Source of the DNA: a virus
Lineage: Duplodnaviria > Heunggongvirae > Uroviricota > Caudoviricetes
Virus record (IMG/VR): IMGVR_UViG_2923302340_000009
Span: 1-54,993 of that record
DNA length: 54,993 bases
Direction: 5' to 3' (one strand)
In this document: positions 51,870 to 54,993 of the stretch, piece after piece
How the letters are laid out: each line of letters opens with the position of its first letter
Position numbering within the stretch: position 1 is the first letter of the stretch
Notes under the pieces: model-generated
Seen by the model: only the letters and a program-made list of their open reading frames with translations
What the model was told of the DNA's origin: nothing
The model's database searches: none
Made by a program: the position numbers and the translations under genes

Positions 51870-52933
51870 TGAGTCAGGTTGGTAATCATTCATTCGAATT
51901 TCCGGCATCGCAAGGTGTACAGGGTGGTACTGTTACACTCTTCCTTACCATACCAGGAAGATCGCTGGCTCGTTTCCTCGCTTCAGATAATTACGGCCAT
52001 ACACTGGAACGCTCTCAGCGAGAAATTAATCCAAATCGAGTACGAAAATTTTTAAATTATCTCACTAACGCAGACTCAAGAAATGAGCCTTTTATCATTC
52101 CCCCTCTCGTAGGTAACTGTGATTCGAATATAGAATTTGTACCGTTTGGCAACACAAATGTTGGTATAGCCAGAATTCCCCTCGACGCCGAAATAAAACT
52201 TTTTGATGGTCAACATCGTGCAGCTGGCATTGAGATATTTTGCCGAAGCTCCCCATCAACGCTCATGGTTCCCATGATGCTTACAATGAATCTGCCGCTA
52301 AAAACCCGGCAGCAGTTCTTTTCGGACATAAATAACAACGTTTCTAAGCCATCAGCGACCATCAATATGGCGTATAACGGCCGGGATGATATTGCTCAGG
52401 GAATGATATCCTTCCTGACCCAACATACTGTATTTGCCGATATAACCGATTTTGAACACAACGTAGTGCCATTAAAAAGTAATATGTGGGTGAGTTTCAA
52501 GGCACTCACTGATGCAACGTCAAAGTTCGCTAGGAACGGCAATCAACAACTTGAAATGGGATATATAGAATCTGTCTGGGAGGCATGGATTACACTAACT
52601 CAGATTGACTCAATTCGACATGGTGTACACCACGCTACGTACAAGCGCGATTATATTCAGTTCCATGGAGTAATGATTAACGCTTTCGGTTTTGCGGTTC
52701 AACAGATGATGGTTAATCATTCCATCGCAGAAATAACTTCTATGATCGAAAAACTATGTGCAACTACCAGCTCTGCAGAAAGAGAGGATTTTTTTCTGAT
52801 GGATAACTGGGCGGGGATCTGCACGAAAGCCAGCCAGGAAAAACTATCTGTTATTGCCAATGTGGCAGCGCAGAAAGCAGCAGCAAACAGACTGATACAA
52901 GCTTTTACCAAAGGAAGTCTGGAAACAACTTAA
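51869..52933 (+). CDS. DGQHR-domain protein (DndB-like), stand-alone
   Basis: Exact DGQHR motif (KLFDGQHRAAGIE); 354 aa; SD AGGAGGA; between exo and xis. Confidence 0.65.
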   Translation: MSQVGNHSFEFPASQGVQGGTVTLFLTIPGRSLARFLASDNYGHTLERSQREINPNRVRKFLNYLTNADSRNEPFIIPPLVGNCDSNIEFVPFGNTNVGIARIPLDAEIKLFDGQHRAAGIEIFCRSSPSTLMVPMMLTMNLPLKTRQQFFSDINNNVSKPSATINMAYNGRDDIAQGMISFLTQHTVFADITDFEHNVVPLKSNMWVSFKALTDATSKFARNGNQQLEMGYIESVWEAWITLTQIDSIRHGVHHATYKRDYIQFHGVMINAFGFAVQQMMVNHSIAEITSMIEKLCATTSSAEREDFFLMDNWAGICTKASQEKLSVIANVAAQKAAANRLIQAFTKGSLETT

Positions 52934-53086
52934 TGAATCAACATTGTCTCATATCAGCATGCTGTACGGCGTCTTTAAGGAACGGTGAGCATGAAAAACA
53001 AAATCATCATGGAGCTACAGGCTCCTTTTTTATTATTCGCATTCACCCTCAAGCGTATTAACCAACAATTCAGGGATTAATGAAAG

Positions 53087-53305
53087 ATGGCAGACATCAT
53101 TGATTCAGCATCAGAAATCGAAGAATTACAGCGCAATACAGCAATAAAAATGCGTCGTCTGAACTACCAGACTGTATCCGCAACTCATTGTTGTGAGTGT
53201 GGCGATCCGATAGATGAGCGAAGACGCCTGGCTGTTCAGGGTTGTCGGACTTGTGCTAGTTGCCAGGAGGAGATCGAACTTAAGAACAAACAATGGGGAC
53301 TGTGA
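53087..53305 (+). CDS. TraR/DksA-family C4 zinc-finger protein
   Basis: 72 aa with CxxC...CxxC (CECGDPIDERRRLAVQGCRTCASC). Confidence 0.7.
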   Translation: MADIIDSASEIEELQRNTAIKMRRLNYQTVSATHCCECGDPIDERRRLAVQGCRTCASCQEEIELKNKQWGL

Positions 53306-53352
53306 TGGCCTCAAAGCAGCAAATTTCAACATCGTCCAACTGAGGTGTAAAA

Positions 53353-53631
53353 ATGTTCAGAATCATTTTTCCTAACACCTGGTACGTCGACCACCACGGC
53401 ACTCCCTGCAAAATCCTGCGTTCTACCCACAACAAAGTTCACTACATCCGAAAAGGCAGAACATGTATCGCCAGCATGTTCCGCTTTAATCATGACTTTG
53501 AACCTGTGAATAAAGCTGATGCAGATCGGATAGCAGAAGAGATCGAAACGGCAGAACACATTAAGAAGTTACGTGACATGCGTTCAAAAAGCAGAGGTAA
53601 CCATGGAATCATACAGCCTCACACTCGATGA
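53353..53631 (+). CDS. hypothetical protein
   Basis: 92-aa ORF upstream of xis; no family recognised. Confidence 0.4.
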   Translation: MFRIIFPNTWYVDHHGTPCKILRSTHNKVHYIRKGRTCIASMFRFNHDFEPVNKADADRIAEEIETAEHIKKLRDMRSKSRGNHGIIQPHTR

Positions 53632-53974
53632 GGCCTGTCAGTTTCTTAAGATATCCAGACCAACCGCCACCAACTGGATACGAACAGGCCGCCTACAGGC
53701 AACACGTAAAGATCCAACCAAGCCAAAATCTCCTTACCTCACAACACGGCAAGCCTGCATTGCGGCGCTTCAGTCTCCGCTGCATACTGTCCAGGTGAGC
53801 GCGGGTGATGGCATAACAGAGGAAAGAAAATGTCACTCTTCCGCAGAAATGAAATATGGTATGCCTCGTATTCGCTCCCGGGCGGGAAACGAATTAAGGA
53901 ATCTCTTGGCACAAAGGACAAGCGGCAAGCTCAGGAGTTGCACGACAAGCGAAAAGCAGAACTCTGGCGTGTAG
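53603..53974 (+). CDS. xis: excisionase-like HTH protein
   Basis: [34 protein letters not shown]; SD GAGGT; C-terminal part overlaps int by about 145 nt, so 3' extent uncertain. Confidence 0.55.
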   Translation: MESYSLTLDEACQFLKISRPTATNWIRTGRLQATRKDPTKPKSPYLTTRQACIAALQSPLHTVQVSAGDGITEERKCHSSAEMKYGMPRIRSRAGNELRNLLAQRTSGKLRSCTTSEKQNSGV

Positions 53975-54993
53975 AAAAGCTAGGGGATTTACCTGATGTC
54001 ACTTTTGAAGAGGCCTGCCTAAGATGGCTTGAGGAAAAAGCTGATAAAAAATCTCTCGATTCAGATAAAAGCCGGATTGAGTTCTGGCTTGAACATTTTG
54101 AGGGTATAAGGCTTAAAGATATCTCGGAGGCAAAGATTTACTCTGCTGTAAGCAGAATGCATAACAGAAAGACGAAAGAAATATGGAAACAGAAAGTTCA
54201 GGCCGCTATCAGGAAAGGTAAAGAACCGCCTGTTTATGAACCAAAGCCAGTATCAACTCAGACAAAGGCAAAGCATCTTGCCATGATAAAGGCCATTCTC
54301 CGTGCTGCAGAACGCGACTGGAAGTGGCTGGAAAAAGCGCCTGTCATCAAGATACCAGCGGTCAGAAACAAGCGAGTCAGATGGCTGGAAAAGGAGGAAG
54401 CAAAACGCCTTATTGATGAGTGCCCCGAACCACTGAAATCTGTCGTCAAGTTTGCGCTGGCAACTGGTCTGAGAAAGTCGAACATCATAAATCTGGAATG
54501 GCAACAAATCGACATGCAGCGACGAGTTGCCTGGGTGAATCCAGAAGAGAGCAAATCAAACCGCGCCATTGGTGTGGCGCTGAACGATACCGCCTGTAAA
54601 GTGTTGCGTGATCAAATAGGCAAGCATCACAAATGGGTGTTTGTACATACCAAGGCGGCTAAGCGAGCAGATGGAACATCAACGCCTGCGGTCAGGAAGA
54701 TGCGCATCGACAGCAAGACATCATGGCTATCAGCTTGTCGTCGTGCAGGAATTGAAGATTTCCGTTTCCATGACCTCAGACACACCTGGGCAAGCTGGCT
54801 GATTCAGTCAGGCGTCCCATTATCAGTGCTTCAGGAAATGGGCGGATGGGAGTCCATAGAAATGGTTCGTAGGTATGCTCACCTTGCGCCTAATCATTTG
54901 ACAGAGCATGCGAGGAAAATAGACGACATTTTTGGTGATAATGTCCCAAATATGTCCCACTCTGGAATTATGGAGGATATAAAGAAGGCGTAA
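53830..54993 (+). CDS. int: phage tyrosine integrase (DLP12 IntD-like)
   Basis: 387 aa; C-terminal catalytic motifs HDLRHTWAS...GGWES...MVRRYAHL; resembles E. coli DLP12 IntD; stop at window end. Confidence 0.9.
   Translation: MSLFRRNEIWYASYSLPGGKRIKESLGTKDKRQAQELHDKRKAELWRVEKLGDLPDVTFEEACLRWLEEKADKKSLDSDKSRIEFWLEHFEGIRLKDISEAKIYSAVSRMHNRKTKEIWKQKVQAAIRKGKEPPVYEPKPVSTQTKAKHLAMIKAILRAAERDWKWLEKAPVIKIPAVRNKRVRWLEKEEAKRLIDECPEPLKSVVKFALATGLRKSNIINLEWQQIDMQRRVAWVNPEESKSNRAIGVALNDTACKVLRDQIGKHHKWVFVHTKAAKRADGTSTPAVRKMRIDSKTSWLSACRRAGIEDFRFHDLRHTWASWLIQSGVPLSVLQEMGGWESIEMVRRYAHLAPNHLTEHARKIDDIFGDNVPNMSHSGIMEDIKKA

Overview
The window is a roughly 55 kb mosaic lambdoid prophage, mostly transcribed on the minus strand, with a lambda-like tyrosine integrase ending at the right edge (54993) and tail-fibre genes at the left. 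Reading right to left: int/xis, a moron region, exo-bet-gam, a non-lambda immunity region (LexA-like CI, Cro/YdaS-like, YdaT-like), O/P/ren, a nin-type region (emrE, ybcN, ninE, ybcO, rusA), a Q-like gene, lysis genes, cos, and a near-complete lambda head and tail module (Nu1 through J, lom, stf). Three things disrupt or decorate this backbone. (1) A ~10.9 kb integrative element sits precisely inside portal gene B, flanked by a 13-bp imperfect direct repeat. It carries a P4-type integrase, two AlpA-family proteins, a Bro-N protein, a primase-helicase with an iteron origin, an SSB, its own lambda E-like capsid and D-like decoration genes, a Nu1-like small terminase, and a cos site with the canonical lambda cosN. 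I read it as a phage-satellite-like element and consider it the most interesting feature. (2) An IS66-family element with an 8-bp target duplication separates FII from its start codon. (3) Several cargo genes sit in classic moron positions: a DUF3800-like gene between Q and the holin, a P-loop ATPase in the nin region, and a DGQHR (DndB-like) gene between exo and xis. No lambda N homologue is recognisable. All calls rest on ORF structure, motifs and recalled similarity to lambda and E. coli prophage proteins; no database search was run. Coordinates I derived by counting on the sequence lines (hairpins, repeats, some adjusted starts) may be off by about 1 nt.
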